Shown here: one piece after another, positions 9,263 to 18,925 of the stretch
How positions within the stretch are numbered: position 1 is the stretch's first letter
How the letters are laid out: each line of letters starts with the position of its first letter
Origin: an uncultured bacterium
Lineage (GTDB): Bacteria; UBP4; UBA4092
Assembly (NCBI GenBank): GCA_964644695.1
Contig: CAZXWN010000001.1
Location: forward strand, 306,869 to 370,868
Direction: 5' to 3'
Length of the DNA stretch: 64,000 nucleotides
Notes under the pieces: model-generated
What the model saw: the letters and a program-made list of their open reading frames with translations, nothing else
Told to the model about the DNA's origin: nothing
The model's database searches: none
Made by a program: the position numbers and the translations under genes

Positions 9263-11593
9263 TTATTTATTTTTATTTTTTTCTTTTAAGCAAAGGTAAA
9301 CCAACAGTGTAATACTGCTAAAAAGTCCTGATACAGATAGTAATAATCCCAAAACAAGAGTCGATGGCCAGTAGATTAAGTCCAGATGGTTATTTCCAGC
9401 GGGGACTGAAAAAGTCATAAAAGGATGATTTATCTGTTCAACTGAAATCTTTTTTCCATTGAGTTTGGCTTTCCATCCATTGGCATAATTCTCAGAGATA
9501 TAAACCATTCCTTTGTAGGGCATCTTAATGTCAATACTTATATGGTTCGGATTCAAATAATGGGTGTGAGCCATAATTGATTTCTGCTGAATTTCTTTTA
9601 GTGATGCTTGAGATAAAAACAAGTTATCTGGGTATCCAAAGGAACGAGGCAATGTCTCAGGATTAAAATATTCCAAGACTCCATTTTTTTTCGTGTTTAA
9701 TTTCAGATACTTTGTATTCAATGGCACGGATGAATATATTCTACTAACATTCATCAAGCTGATTGTTTTTACAGGTTCATCTTCATTTACAGCAGGATCC
9801 ATCCAGACTCGTGGGCCTGAATCCTTCCAAAATCCAACCTGTGCTTGCCGGAGATGATTTTCATATTCATTGAGAACGACCGCATCATATCCCCTGATGT
9901 CGGCATCCCCGGTTAAAGTTGCAACATTGGGTGGATATGCAGTCCATTCATCTAGTGATAATAATCTTCCCGAGGATAGCGTATTAACATAGTCCGTTTT
10001 ACATTTAACCTCTAAAGGGTAGGGTAATTTAATAACTGGATTATACCCATATCCAAAGTGAAATAAATTGGTAATAGTAAGTGCTAAAATTCCGAACCCC
10101 ATAATATTTCTTAACTTGAAGTTGGGTTTTGCAGATAACAGGAAAAGTGACAATAAAAAACATATAGAAGGTAAAATCCAGAATACAGTGGTCTGATATA
10201 TTTGAGTTCCCAGGTAGGGGAGGACCGTTTGAATATTATTGTCAATTAGTGGACTTAAAAAGTATTGAAGGAATTGGGGGCTGAATTTGAAAGGAATAAA
10301 GGAAAGAGGTAATAAGAAACAAATCAACAAAGCTGGGGCAGGGATTTTTACTATATTTTTCTTTAAGAAACAACTTAATGTTTCACTAGACAAAATTATC
10401 AATGCTAAAGAGATGATAATGACCATTCTTTTGGGGTGGATTAATGAGATGCCGGGAAGGTGCGCGAGAATCTTTCCTATTATTGGAATGTCATAGGCCA
10501 GAATAAAACTTAGAACGAGTGTGATTATCCAGAACCAATAATAACTTGATCGTGACAACACAAATATTCCAATTATCCCCAATAGTAAGGGGAGAATTCC
10601 AACATACCCACTGACGGCCTCATTGTAATTAAACTGGTAAAAGATATCGGGTTTGATCCACTCATTCATTAATGTGGGATTGCCAAAAAAGTCGGGGAAT
10701 ATCCATGTAACCAGGGAACGAATTGCCTGGCTGTCATTTGCTAATCCCAGGGATCTTTCTTTGAGTGCTGTGGAATTTTTCATGTATTCTAGAAAAGGTA
10801 TCCATTGAATACAGGAAATGAGAAATATAGATAATCCTGCAATTAAAAGAATCCGAGATACATGGTTAAACCGTAAACCATCTTGATACAAACAATACGC
10901 ACCAATGACTAAGAGAGACATGAAAATTGTTTCAGGATGACCACCTAACAAGATACATAACAAACAAAACATCCATCCTGCCAGAATGTATGGAGAAATC
11001 TTGCAATGCAATTTGTCGGTGAAATAAAGAATCAGTGGTATCCAGATAAATGAATTTGTATGTGGGTGCCCCAACCACAATACTTGAAATCCAAATAACA
11101 TGAAAGTAATCCCACCAAACAATGCTGCCAAGAAGTGTAATTTGCGTTCATGCAGGTATAAAAACATTCCCCATCCAGATACTAATAATTTACTGAAAGC
11201 AACGAGAAATAATCCCCATTGTAAGGGTAAAAACCAGGACATTAGATTAGATGGATATAAAAGAGCCGATTGGCTGTTGGCAAGGAATGGCGCTCCACAA
11301 TATTGAGCAGAATTCCATAAAGGCAATGTTCCCTTTTGTATCCAGTGTGAGGTGAAAACTCGCCACGGTATAAACTGTAATGCCTGATCTGATAATAAAT
11401 AATTTTGGGGAGTTGCTGTCAATTGGTTTGTTTGGTAGGGATACCAATGAAATAAAAGATCTACAGGTCCAAGGCAAGTATTCTTAAATAAAGAAGATGG
11501 ATTTAAGAATATCCCTGCAGTGATAAAAATTAACAGCAACCCCCAGAACAAATGATTGTTTACCTTAGCAAGTTTTTTTAGTAATGTTTTCAT
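9263..11593 (-). CDS. YfhO-like polytopic membrane protein (GT-C-fold glycosyltransferase candidate)
   Basis: PLWNSAQYCGAPFLANSQSALLYP motif, many TM helices, C-terminal SENYANGWKAKLNG...VPAGNNHLDLIYWP. Confidence 0.8.
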   Translation of the reverse strand: MKTLLKKLAKVNNHLFWGLLLIFITAGIFLNPSSLFKNTCLGPVDLLFHWYPYQTNQLTATPQNYLLSDQALQFIPWRVFTSHWIQKGTLPLWNSAQYCGAPFLANSQSALLYPSNLMSWFLPLQWGLFLVAFSKLLVSGWGMFLYLHERKLHFLAALFGGITFMLFGFQVLWLGHPHTNSFIWIPLILYFTDKLHCKISPYILAGWMFCLLCILLGGHPETIFMSLLVIGAYCLYQDGLRFNHVSRILLIAGLSIFLISCIQWIPFLEYMKNSTALKERSLGLANDSQAIRSLVTWIFPDFFGNPTLMNEWIKPDIFYQFNYNEAVSGYVGILPLLLGIIGIFVLSRSSYYWFWIITLVLSFILAYDIPIIGKILAHLPGISLIHPKRMVIIISLALIILSSETLSCFLKKNIVKIPAPALLICFLLPLSFIPFKFSPQFLQYFLSPLIDNNIQTVLPYLGTQIYQTTVFWILPSICFLLSLFLLSAKPNFKLRNIMGFGILALTITNLFHFGYGYNPVIKLPYPLEVKCKTDYVNTLSSGRLLSLDEWTAYPPNVATLTGDADIRGYDAVVLNEYENHLRQAQVGFWKDSGPRVWMDPAVNEDEPVKTISLMNVSRIYSSVPLNTKYLKLNTKKNGVLEYFNPETLPRSFGYPDNLFLSQASLKEIQQKSIMAHTHYLNPNHISIDIKMPYKGMVYISENYANGWKAKLNGKKISVEQINHPFMTFSVPAGNNHLDLIYWPSTLVLGLLLSVSGLFSSITLLVYLCLKEKNKNK

Positions 11594-11660
11594 ATGGATT
11601 AACCTAATGGATTGTATAATAAATTAATATTAAATAGTTTGGAAATGAAAGGGGTTTACT

Positions 11661-12698
11661 ATGATTCGGGTTGGTATTATTGGTTCCGCTAGTTTTACCG
11701 GAGGAGAACTGCTCCGATTATTAAGCAGACATCCTGAAGTCAAAGTGACCTGTCTAGAATCTTCTAGTAATGCAGGTAAAAAAGTTTTTCAAGTTCATCG
11801 TCAGTTATTAGGATTATATGATTTGACTCTACAAACATATAATCGTGATCAAATTAAAAGTGAATGTGATGTGGTATTTATTTGTCGTTCATCAGGCGGG
11901 TCGATGAAATTTATTCATGATCTATATGATGAAAATGATAATTTAAAGATAATTGACCTTGGCGGTGATTTTAGACTCCAAGATGTAAGTCTTTATCCAA
12001 AATGGTACAAATTTGACCATATTTGCCCCGATTTGGTTAAAAAGGCTGTTTTTGGTTTATCGGAAATTCATACAGATGCTATAAAAAAAGCAAAATTGTT
12101 ATCGAATCCAGGATGTTATGCGACTTCGATATTATTAGCATTAATTCCACTTATAGCCGAAAAATATGTGGTTTTAGACTCAATTAAGGTCACTTCTTAC
12201 TCAGGAATGTCAGGTGCCGGGAAAACACATAAAGAAGGTTTTAACTTGTTTATGGATGCTTATGGCAATGCTCGCCCCTACAGAGTAGGGACGCATCAAC
12301 ACACACCTGAAATTGAAGGACAGTTAAAGATTTTTAGTGATAATGACATTAAGATTACGTTTGTACCCCATGTTATGCCCATTGATCGAGGAATATTAAC
12401 TGAAATATGGTGTTCTCCACAAAGCCCCTATCAATTTGAAAGTTTGATGGAGGTTTATTTAAAATACTATCAAAATAGGCCCTTTATTCGTCTACGGCAA
12501 CAGGGTGATTATCCTCAAGTGGCAGATGTGAATTATACAAACTTCTGCGATATCAGTTGGGACTATGACGCAAGAACTAATTCACTCATTATTTTTTCGG
12601 CGGAAGATAATGCTATTAAAGGAGCTAGTGGGCAAGCAATTCAAAATATGAACCTCATGTTTGGATTCCCGGAAACCACAGGATTACCAGGTTTTTGA
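11661..12698 (+). CDS. argC: N-acetyl-gamma-glutamyl-phosphate reductase
   Basis: GELLRLLSRHP, IIDLGGDFRL, NPGCYATS, SGMSGAG, HQHTPEI, DNAIKGASGQAIQNMN. Confidence 0.95.
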   Translation: MIRVGIIGSASFTGGELLRLLSRHPEVKVTCLESSSNAGKKVFQVHRQLLGLYDLTLQTYNRDQIKSECDVVFICRSSGGSMKFIHDLYDENDNLKIIDLGGDFRLQDVSLYPKWYKFDHICPDLVKKAVFGLSEIHTDAIKKAKLLSNPGCYATSILLALIPLIAEKYVVLDSIKVTSYSGMSGAGKTHKEGFNLFMDAYGNARPYRVGTHQHTPEIEGQLKIFSDNDIKITFVPHVMPIDRGILTEIWCSPQSPYQFESLMEVYLKYYQNRPFIRLRQQGDYPQVADVNYTNFCDISWDYDARTNSLIIFSAEDNAIKGASGQAIQNMNLMFGFPETTGLPGF

Positions 12699-12719
12699 GC
12701 CTGATTTCGATTACTTTAA

Positions 12720-13823
12720 ATGACAATTAATTGGGTAGTCATTTGTATAATACTCCTTACGATGACAGGTGTGATTTCCTGGCTTATTACTCCTGTGTGT
12801 CGTCTTTTAGCTCTTAAATTGGGAATATTAGACCATCCTGGTCAGAGGAAAATTCACTTTTCTCCTAAACCATATTTAGGAGGTTTGGCCATCTATTTAG
12901 CAATGTATGTCGTAACTATTGCTGGTTTGGTTTTTGCTCTATCATTTCCTCATGTGATTCAGAACTACTTTCCTTCACAGATTGCTATTTACATTCCCAA
13001 TATTGATTCGGTTATGAGTAAATTATCTGTGTTATTTGTGACTGGGACATTCATGTTTATATTGGGATTGCTTGATGATAAGTATGTTTTAAAACCCAGC
13101 ATAAAATTCCTTTGCCAAATTGGGATTATTTCTGTAGCGGCTATCTTGGGAATACGATTAGACTTGTTTTTAAATTCCCCAATATTATCAATTTTTGTGA
13201 CAGTATTATGGATTACGGCAATTACAAATGCTTTAAACTTTATGGACAATATGGATGGATTGTCGGCTGGAGTAACAACAATAGCGTCATTGATATTTTT
13301 GATTCACTCTCTTCAGTTAGGACATGTATATATGGCTGTTATCCTTGCCGTTTTTTCTGGCGCTGTTCTTGGATTCTTGCCACATAATTACCCTGTCTCG
13401 AAAATATTTATGGGTGATGCTGGAGCTCTTTTCATTGGATATAACTTGGGATCACTTACGGTTATGAATTCTTACTATTACGTTGGGAATCCTAATTGGT
13501 TGCCTCTATTGCTTCCTTTATTTGTTCTCAGTATGCCTTTATTTGATTTAATTAGTGTGATGATTATTCGAATTAGAAATCATAAACCTGTTTATATCGG
13601 GGATAAGAACCATTTCTCTCACAGGCTTATGGCTTTGGGCCTATCTCAGAAACAGGCTCTATGGACTATATATTTAGTCACATTTATTACAGGATGTGGT
13701 GCTTTATTACTAAAAGATTTAAGTTTCCTACAAGGGATATTGGTTTTGGTCCAGATGATAGCTATTTTTTCAGTTGTGACTGTTTTAGAAAAGGCTGGAC
13801 GTAATATTACATCATCTAACTAA
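12720..13823 (+). CDS. MraY-family polyprenyl-phosphate N-acetylhexosamine-1-phosphate transferase (WecA/TagO-like)
   Basis: DHPGQRKIH..PKPYLGGLA, LGLLDD, NALNFMDNMDGL, IFMGDAGA, DKNHFSHRL. Confidence 0.9.
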   Translation: MTINWVVICIILLTMTGVISWLITPVCRLLALKLGILDHPGQRKIHFSPKPYLGGLAIYLAMYVVTIAGLVFALSFPHVIQNYFPSQIAIYIPNIDSVMSKLSVLFVTGTFMFILGLLDDKYVLKPSIKFLCQIGIISVAAILGIRLDLFLNSPILSIFVTVLWITAITNALNFMDNMDGLSAGVTTIASLIFLIHSLQLGHVYMAVILAVFSGAVLGFLPHNYPVSKIFMGDAGALFIGYNLGSLTVMNSYYYVGNPNWLPLLLPLFVLSMPLFDLISVMIIRIRNHKPVYIGDKNHFSHRLMALGLSQKQALWTIYLVTFITGCGALLLKDLSFLQGILVLVQMIAIFSVVTVLEKAGRNITSSN

Positions 13824-13861
13824 CTGGTAATAAAATAGATATAAATAAAATAAAATAGGCT

Positions 13862-13890
13862 TTGACAAACTATATCTAGGGTGTTAAACT
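13862..13890 (+). promoter_or_regulatory. Sigma70-type promoter with no downstream + strand gene
   Basis: TTGACA (13862-13867), 17-bp spacer, TGn-extended TAAACT (13885-13890). Confidence 0.6.
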
Positions 13891-13994
13891 GTTTTTTCTA
13901 GGAAAAATAGGGTGATATCAAATAGTTTTGATAGCCATTGAAAACAAAAAAATTAAACCAGCCAAAGCGAATCATCTTCTTTAGGCTATCAAAT

Positions 13995-14025
13995 AAACCA
14001 CATCCATTAGGATGTGGTTTTTCTT
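13995..14025. terminator. Probable bidirectional intrinsic terminator
   Basis: AAACCACATCC-ATTA-GGATGTGGTTT followed by TTCTT; lies between the convergent WecA-like and GT4 genes. Confidence 0.75.
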
Positions 14026-14051
14026 ATAAGTATTATGTAACTTCAATAAAA

Positions 14052-15179
14052 TCATTCTAGTACACTATCGTAAACTTCTTTCACTTTTTCAAACATTAAT
14101 GTGGTAGAAAACTCCTTTTCTAAACGTACTTTAGCGTATTTCCCCATATCTAGCATTTCTTGAGGGTGATTTATGCAGTATTCAAAGGCTTTTGCTAAGT
14201 CTACTGGATCTTTTGGCTTAACTATGAGCCCCGTTTTCATATGTTGATTAACAAATGGGACCCCTGTGTTAAGGTCTGTACTAATGACTGGTTTACCACA
14301 AGCATGTGCTTCCAATTGAACCAAGCCATATGCTTCACTACGTTCTATTGAGGGCAAGCAAAACACGTCACATGCATACAAATATGGTAATAAATCATGG
14401 TCACTAAGTTCACCAAGAAAATGGATCTGTGAATCTAAATTTAAACTCTTTACTAAATTTAAGTATTCTGCTTCCTGTTTTACTTTTGGAGCTTTCCCAA
14501 TTATCCAAAAATGAATGCCTTTGGTTAATTTAGCTGCATTTATTAAAACACCTAATCCTTTGTAGTATCTTAGTTTTCCAATAAAAAGGACATGTAGTTG
14601 ACCTGGATACTTAGTCTTTAATTCATGTGCTTTATTTAAGGTATCGTTATTGGCCTTAAATTGGTCAGAATTTATTGTTAAGGGTACTACAGTACATTTA
14701 GTTTTGTAGTGTTGCAATATTGGTGAAGAAGCAAGATAGTTCTCTGAAGTAGGTAATATTCGGCTTGCATGATTAAAAAATAAATGGAGAAATGGTTTAT
14801 ATAATGGCATGATCAGGGCTTGCCTAATTATGTCGCTGTGATAAGAGATGACCAGCTTCCCCGGTGATCCTGCTAATAAATAAGCAATTTCAGCTGTAGG
14901 ATTTGGATGATGGAAATGGTAAATATCAGCCTTAATTTTTCGAATATAATGATGTAATGAGGGGGTTATTGGAGCAGACATAAATCTGCCCAATTGTGCA
15001 ACTTTTGTTATTTTTATAGTGTCTTCGAAAGATATTTCAGTCTTGTTTTTGCGATTTGCAATCAAGACTTCAACATCTAAGCCATTTTCCTGGGATAAAT
15101 GACATAACAAGTGAATATGTTTTTCTACTCCACCTGTTATGGGGGGATACATATCTTTATATACATGTAGAATTTTCAT
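14052..15179 (-). CDS. Glycosyltransferase, GT4 family (GT-B)
   Basis: MKILHVYKDMYPPITGGVE start; GKLRYYKG; SEAYGLVQLEAHACGKPVIST. Confidence 0.92.
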   Translation of the reverse strand: MKILHVYKDMYPPITGGVEKHIHLLCHLSQENGLDVEVLIANRKNKTEISFEDTIKITKVAQLGRFMSAPITPSLHHYIRKIKADIYHFHHPNPTAEIAYLLAGSPGKLVISYHSDIIRQALIMPLYKPFLHLFFNHASRILPTSENYLASSPILQHYKTKCTVVPLTINSDQFKANNDTLNKAHELKTKYPGQLHVLFIGKLRYYKGLGVLINAAKLTKGIHFWIIGKAPKVKQEAEYLNLVKSLNLDSQIHFLGELSDHDLLPYLYACDVFCLPSIERSEAYGLVQLEAHACGKPVISTDLNTGVPFVNQHMKTGLIVKPKDPVDLAKAFEYCINHPQEMLDMGKYAKVRLEKEFSTTLMFEKVKEVYDSVLE

Positions 15180-16114
15180 GAGTATGCCAAGAATATCTTA
15201 TGGGCTTTTGAAATGTCATTTTGAATTTGTTTTACTAACTGATCAATAGAGGAGAACTTTATTTCATTACGTAGGTGGGCAATAAAAGTTATCTTTAATC
15301 TTTTTCCATAGAGATTACCTTCATAATTTAACAGGTGGATTTCATAGGTTCTTTTACTCCCATTAAATGTAGGTCTATTCCCGATATTCATCACGCCATG
15401 GAATCGCATCCCGTCAAAATCAACTAGGACAGCATATACTCCATTACAGGGTAATAATTCATTTTCGGGTTGTAGATTTGCTGTAGGAAAACCAATTTGG
15501 CGACCAACTTGGTTTCCACTTACCACTTTACCTGAAATAGAATAAAACTTAGTTAACAGTTTTGTTGCAAGCAAAATGTTACCCTGTTGGATTAATTCTC
15601 GGATGAGACTGCTTGATACTACTTGATTTTTATAAACCACAGGTGGAATGGATCGAACTTTGAATCCCTCTTTTTTACCAATCTCTTTTAGTAATTCCAC
15701 ATTTCCAGTTGATTTACTCCCAAAAGTATGGTCATGACCAACAACAATTTCCGCTACATTAAAGTACTTTAATAGATAATTATTGATGAATATATTGGGG
15801 GTTATTTTCGAAAAGCTGTGAGTGAAATTAATATTAACCACTACATCAATACCTTCTGAAATAAGTAAATTTACTTTTTCTTGATTGGATATTAATAAAG
15901 GAGGAGTTTGTTCGGGTGTAAGAATTTTTGCAGGATGGTTTCTAAAAGTTATAATAACACTAATACCTTTTGGATATTTCCCAGAATATTCTTTTACCTT
16001 ACTCAAAAGCTTACGATGGGCCATATGAAGTCCATCGAAAACTCCTACAGTTATTACTGCAGGATATTTTTTAATTGATGTTGGTACATCAGTGAAATCA
16101 TTATATATATTCAA
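15176..16114 (-). CDS. ribF: Bifunctional riboflavin kinase / FAD synthetase
   Basis: VGVFDGLHMAH, GHDHTFG, VSSSLIR, GRQIGFPTAN, NIGNRPTF, LRNEIKF; TTG start. Confidence 0.95.
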   Translation of the reverse strand: MNIYNDFTDVPTSIKKYPAVITVGVFDGLHMAHRKLLSKVKEYSGKYPKGISVIITFRNHPAKILTPEQTPPLLISNQEKVNLLISEGIDVVVNINFTHSFSKITPNIFINNYLLKYFNVAEIVVGHDHTFGSKSTGNVELLKEIGKKEGFKVRSIPPVVYKNQVVSSSLIRELIQQGNILLATKLLTKFYSISGKVVSGNQVGRQIGFPTANLQPENELLPCNGVYAVLVDFDGMRFHGVMNIGNRPTFNGSKRTYEIHLLNYEGNLYGKRLKITFIAHLRNEIKFSSIDQLVKQIQNDISKAHKIFLAYS

Positions 16115-16116
16115 AA

Positions 16117-16404
16117 TTAATACCTAATATTAAAGCTCTCATATAGATTTACAGGAGATTTCTTTTCAATTATTAAAACATCTTTTACTTCGGAGTAATC
16201 GGGACCTTTTCGTAAATAATCAATATATAAATCAAGATCGGATTTATATCCTTGTACTAATAATTCTACACATCCATCATAATTGTTTTTTACCCACCCA
16301 TGTATGCCATATTGTTGGGCTAGTTGGTATGCAAATAATCTATATCCAACACCTTGTACAAAGCCAGTTACAATAATATGATATTCGAATACATCGGTAA
16401 TCAT
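16117..16404 (-). CDS. acyP: Acylphosphatase
   Basis: VTGFVQGVGYR and GWVKN motifs. Start moved to ATG 16404 (MITDVFE) because the longer ORF overlaps the divergent gene. Confidence 0.88.
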   Translation of the reverse strand: MITDVFEYHIIVTGFVQGVGYRLFAYQLAQQYGIHGWVKNNYDGCVELLVQGYKSDLDLYIDYLRKGPDYSEVKDVLIIEKKSPVNLYESFNIRY

Positions 16405-16460
16405 TAGATAATCGTAATAAAACCAAAGTAGATTGTCGAGTCTATATGATAGGGAGAAAT

Positions 16461-17621
16461 ATGTTTTCCAAACGTACAAGATGGAAAGTTAATGAAAATT
16501 CACTCACAAAATTAATTAATGAGTTTAGAGTCGCTAACATTAAATATATTGATTTGTGTCTTTCTAATCCGACAAAATGTGGTTTTACCTTACCTGGTGT
16601 ATTGATTAATGAGTTATCAAAAAATGAAAATTCATTATATGAGCCTATTTCAAAAGGTTTACTGACTGCGCGCGAAGCTATTTGTTCTTATTATTCCAAG
16701 CAAGGCTTTGATATCGAAATTGATAATTTATTTATAACAGCTAGTACAAGTGAAGCATATTCTTTTATTTTTAAATTAATTTGCAACCCCAAAGATGAGG
16801 TGGTTATTTTCGTGCCGGGTTATCCCTTATTGAGTTATCTTTCTGATTTGCATGATATAAAGATAAAAGAAGTTCGTCAGGTATTTGTTGATGGGAAATG
16901 GAAGATTGATAGAGATCAGTTTGATAAAAACATTACAACAAGAACGAAGTTGATTATTGTTGTAAATCCTAATAATCCGACGGGACATTATATCTCTGAC
17001 TCAGATTGGGAATATATATTAAATAAAGCTATAAAAAATGGTATAGCTTTAGCGACAGATGAAGTGTTTAATGATTATCCTGTATGTTGGCAGGGAGCTC
17101 CTATTTCTAAAATTATGGAAGATAGGGCTCTTATATTTAATATTAATGGTATATCTAAGGTCCTTTGTTTACCTCAAATGAAGTTGGGTTGGATATATGT
17201 AAATGGTCCAAAGGAATTGAAAAATAAAGCTTGTGAGAAATTAGATATTATCGCTGACACATACTTATCACCGAATACTCCAGTTCAGAATGCTCTTGGA
17301 AAATGGTTTGATAATATTCAATTGATTCAGGCTCCTGTTCGTCAAAGAATACTTGCGAATTATAAATATCTACAATCAATTCAATCGAAAAAAATTGATG
17401 TTCTTGATGTTGATGCGGGGTGGTATGGAGTTCTTAGGCTCCACAATGTGGAATGGGATGATGAAGACTTTGCCTTTTTAATGTTGGCCCAGAGACAGGT
17501 CTATATTCAACCAGGGTACTTCTTTGATTTTGATGAAAGCAACTGTTTGGTTGTCAGTTTATTAACAGAGGAAGAAATATTTAAAAAAGGGATAGAGAAA
17601 CTTTGTGAAGGTTTGGAATAA
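16461..17621 (+). CDS. PLP-dependent aminotransferase, class I/II
   Basis: VNPNNPTG, DEVF, NGISK (PLP lysine); start placed at MFSKRT after the AGGGAG RBS. Confidence 0.88.
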   Translation: MFSKRTRWKVNENSLTKLINEFRVANIKYIDLCLSNPTKCGFTLPGVLINELSKNENSLYEPISKGLLTAREAICSYYSKQGFDIEIDNLFITASTSEAYSFIFKLICNPKDEVVIFVPGYPLLSYLSDLHDIKIKEVRQVFVDGKWKIDRDQFDKNITTRTKLIIVVNPNNPTGHYISDSDWEYILNKAIKNGIALATDEVFNDYPVCWQGAPISKIMEDRALIFNINGISKVLCLPQMKLGWIYVNGPKELKNKACEKLDIIADTYLSPNTPVQNALGKWFDNIQLIQAPVRQRILANYKYLQSIQSKKIDVLDVDAGWYGVLRLHNVEWDDEDFAFLMLAQRQVYIQPGYFFDFDESNCLVVSLLTEEEIFKKGIEKLCEGLE

Positions 17622-17622
17622 A

Positions 17623-17699
17623 TGGTCGGGGCGACTGGATTTGAACCAGCGGCCTCACGGTCCCGAACCGTGCGCGCTAGCCAGCTGCGCTACGCCCCG
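17623..17699 (-). tRNA. tRNA-Pro (anticodon CGG)
   Basis: Reverse complement CGGGGCG...CACGG-TT-CGG-GA-CCGTG...GGTTCAAATCC...CGCCCCG-A-CCA; cloverleaf with encoded CCA. Confidence 0.96.
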
Positions 17700-17772
17700 A
17701 CAATTACAATTGATAAAATTGTTTATTAATTTTAGTATATCTGTTGTTTGATAACAAGATGATGTTGAACGA

Positions 17773-18534
17773 TTAAGATAATAAGTTATGAGCTTGGTGT
17801 TTTAAGAAATAGTCATTTGTTAGATTTAAGTGTAAGGGAGTTATGGCTATATAACCTTCTTCAATCGCATGAAAATCGGTATTTTCTTCTCTTTCATGTG
17901 AGGGTTCTTCGCCACCAATCCAATAATAGAACCTTCCTCTCGGATCTGTCTTTTTAATTATAGAATCTCTGTATATTCTGCGCCCTTGACGTACAAATCT
18001 AATTCCCTGTATGTTTTTTTCTGGTAACAGTGGAATATTTACATTTAGTAAAGTATCTTTTGGTAATCCCTGTTTTAGTATTGACAGTGTAATTCTTTCG
18101 GAGAAAATAGATGCAGGTTTAAAATCCGCAGAAGCGGTTCTGGTATTTAGAGAGATGGCACACGAGGGTATGCCAAGTAAAGTCCCTTCCATCGCAGCAG
18201 CCACTGTTCCTGAAAAGGTTATGTCATCTCCAAGATTTGGCCCAATATTAATACCGGAAATTACAATATCGGGTCTAATTTTAAGTAACTCCAGAACACC
18301 TAGAAGCACACAGTCGGTAGGTGTCCCATCTAATGCAAAGTGTTGATTATCAATTTGATGAACTCTAAGTGGGTGATGTAAGGTGATTGAGTGACTTACA
18401 GCAGATCTCTCTCTGTCAGGTGCAACAACGAAAATATTACCGATATGAGATAGTTGCTTTTCTAAGGCGATAATACCTGGGGAATTAATGCCATCATCGT
18501 TAGTCAAAAGTATTGTTGGTTTTATATTTTTCAT
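17773..18534 (-). CDS. surE: 5'/3'-nucleotidase SurE
   Basis: ILLTNDDGI, VVAPDRERS, GTPTDCV, SGINIGPNLG, SGTVAAAMEG. Confidence 0.96.
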   Translation of the reverse strand: MKNIKPTILLTNDDGINSPGIIALEKQLSHIGNIFVVAPDRERSAVSHSITLHHPLRVHQIDNQHFALDGTPTDCVLLGVLELLKIRPDIVISGINIGPNLGDDITFSGTVAAAMEGTLLGIPSCAISLNTRTASADFKPASIFSERITLSILKQGLPKDTLLNVNIPLLPEKNIQGIRFVRQGRRIYRDSIIKKTDPRGRFYYWIGGEEPSHEREENTDFHAIEEGYIAITPLHLNLTNDYFLKHQAHNLLS

Positions 18535-18629
18535 GATTCTGTTAATTGAATGATTGACTTATCCACTCATCCTCTTTAATATTTTGAAAGTTACATTCAT
18601 CAAACCTTAGAAGATGGAGGTCTATAAGA

Positions 18630-18857
18630 ATGTATTTTGGTTATTTTATAGCATCTGTAATAATTTTTCTGGCTGGGTTCATTTGTGGGAAATATTGGGT
18701 AACAAAATTAGAAGGTAAAACCGTACCATTGAAAACTGTGTGTATTATCTTTTTTGTAATAGTCCTTCTTGTGTTTAGCATTGTAACTATCATGGTAAAT
18801 CAGTCTTCAGTTTCTTCCAGTAGTAATACAAAAGTGACGAATAATATGTTGCCCTGA
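18630..18857 (+). CDS. Small hypothetical membrane protein (2 TM)
   Basis: Strong GGAGG RBS; two hydrophobic segments; Ser-rich tail. Confidence 0.65.
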   Translation: MYFGYFIASVIIFLAGFICGKYWVTKLEGKTVPLKTVCIIFFVIVLLVFSIVTIMVNQSSVSSSSNTKVTNNMLP

Positions 18858-18925
18858 TTCTATATGATAAAATTGGAGAATTATAACTGTTTCCTATTAC
18901 GAAAAGTAAAGATTAGCAACCATCT

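Noticed and set aside
11594-11660. Possible ARG box upstream of argC
   Set aside because: Only an AT-rich stretch with TATAAT; the TGxAT-N4-ATxCA symmetry is not met.
16405-16479. N-terminal extension of the acylphosphatase ORF
   Set aside because: It overlaps the divergent aminotransferase start; ATG 16404 gives a typical-length protein.
17753-17773. AACAAGATGATGTTGAACGAT upstream of tRNA-Pro resembles a fifth palindrome copy
   Set aside because: It needs a deletion and three mismatches and lacks the left TCG, so it could be chance in AT-rich DNA. Revisit with a genome-wide PWM.
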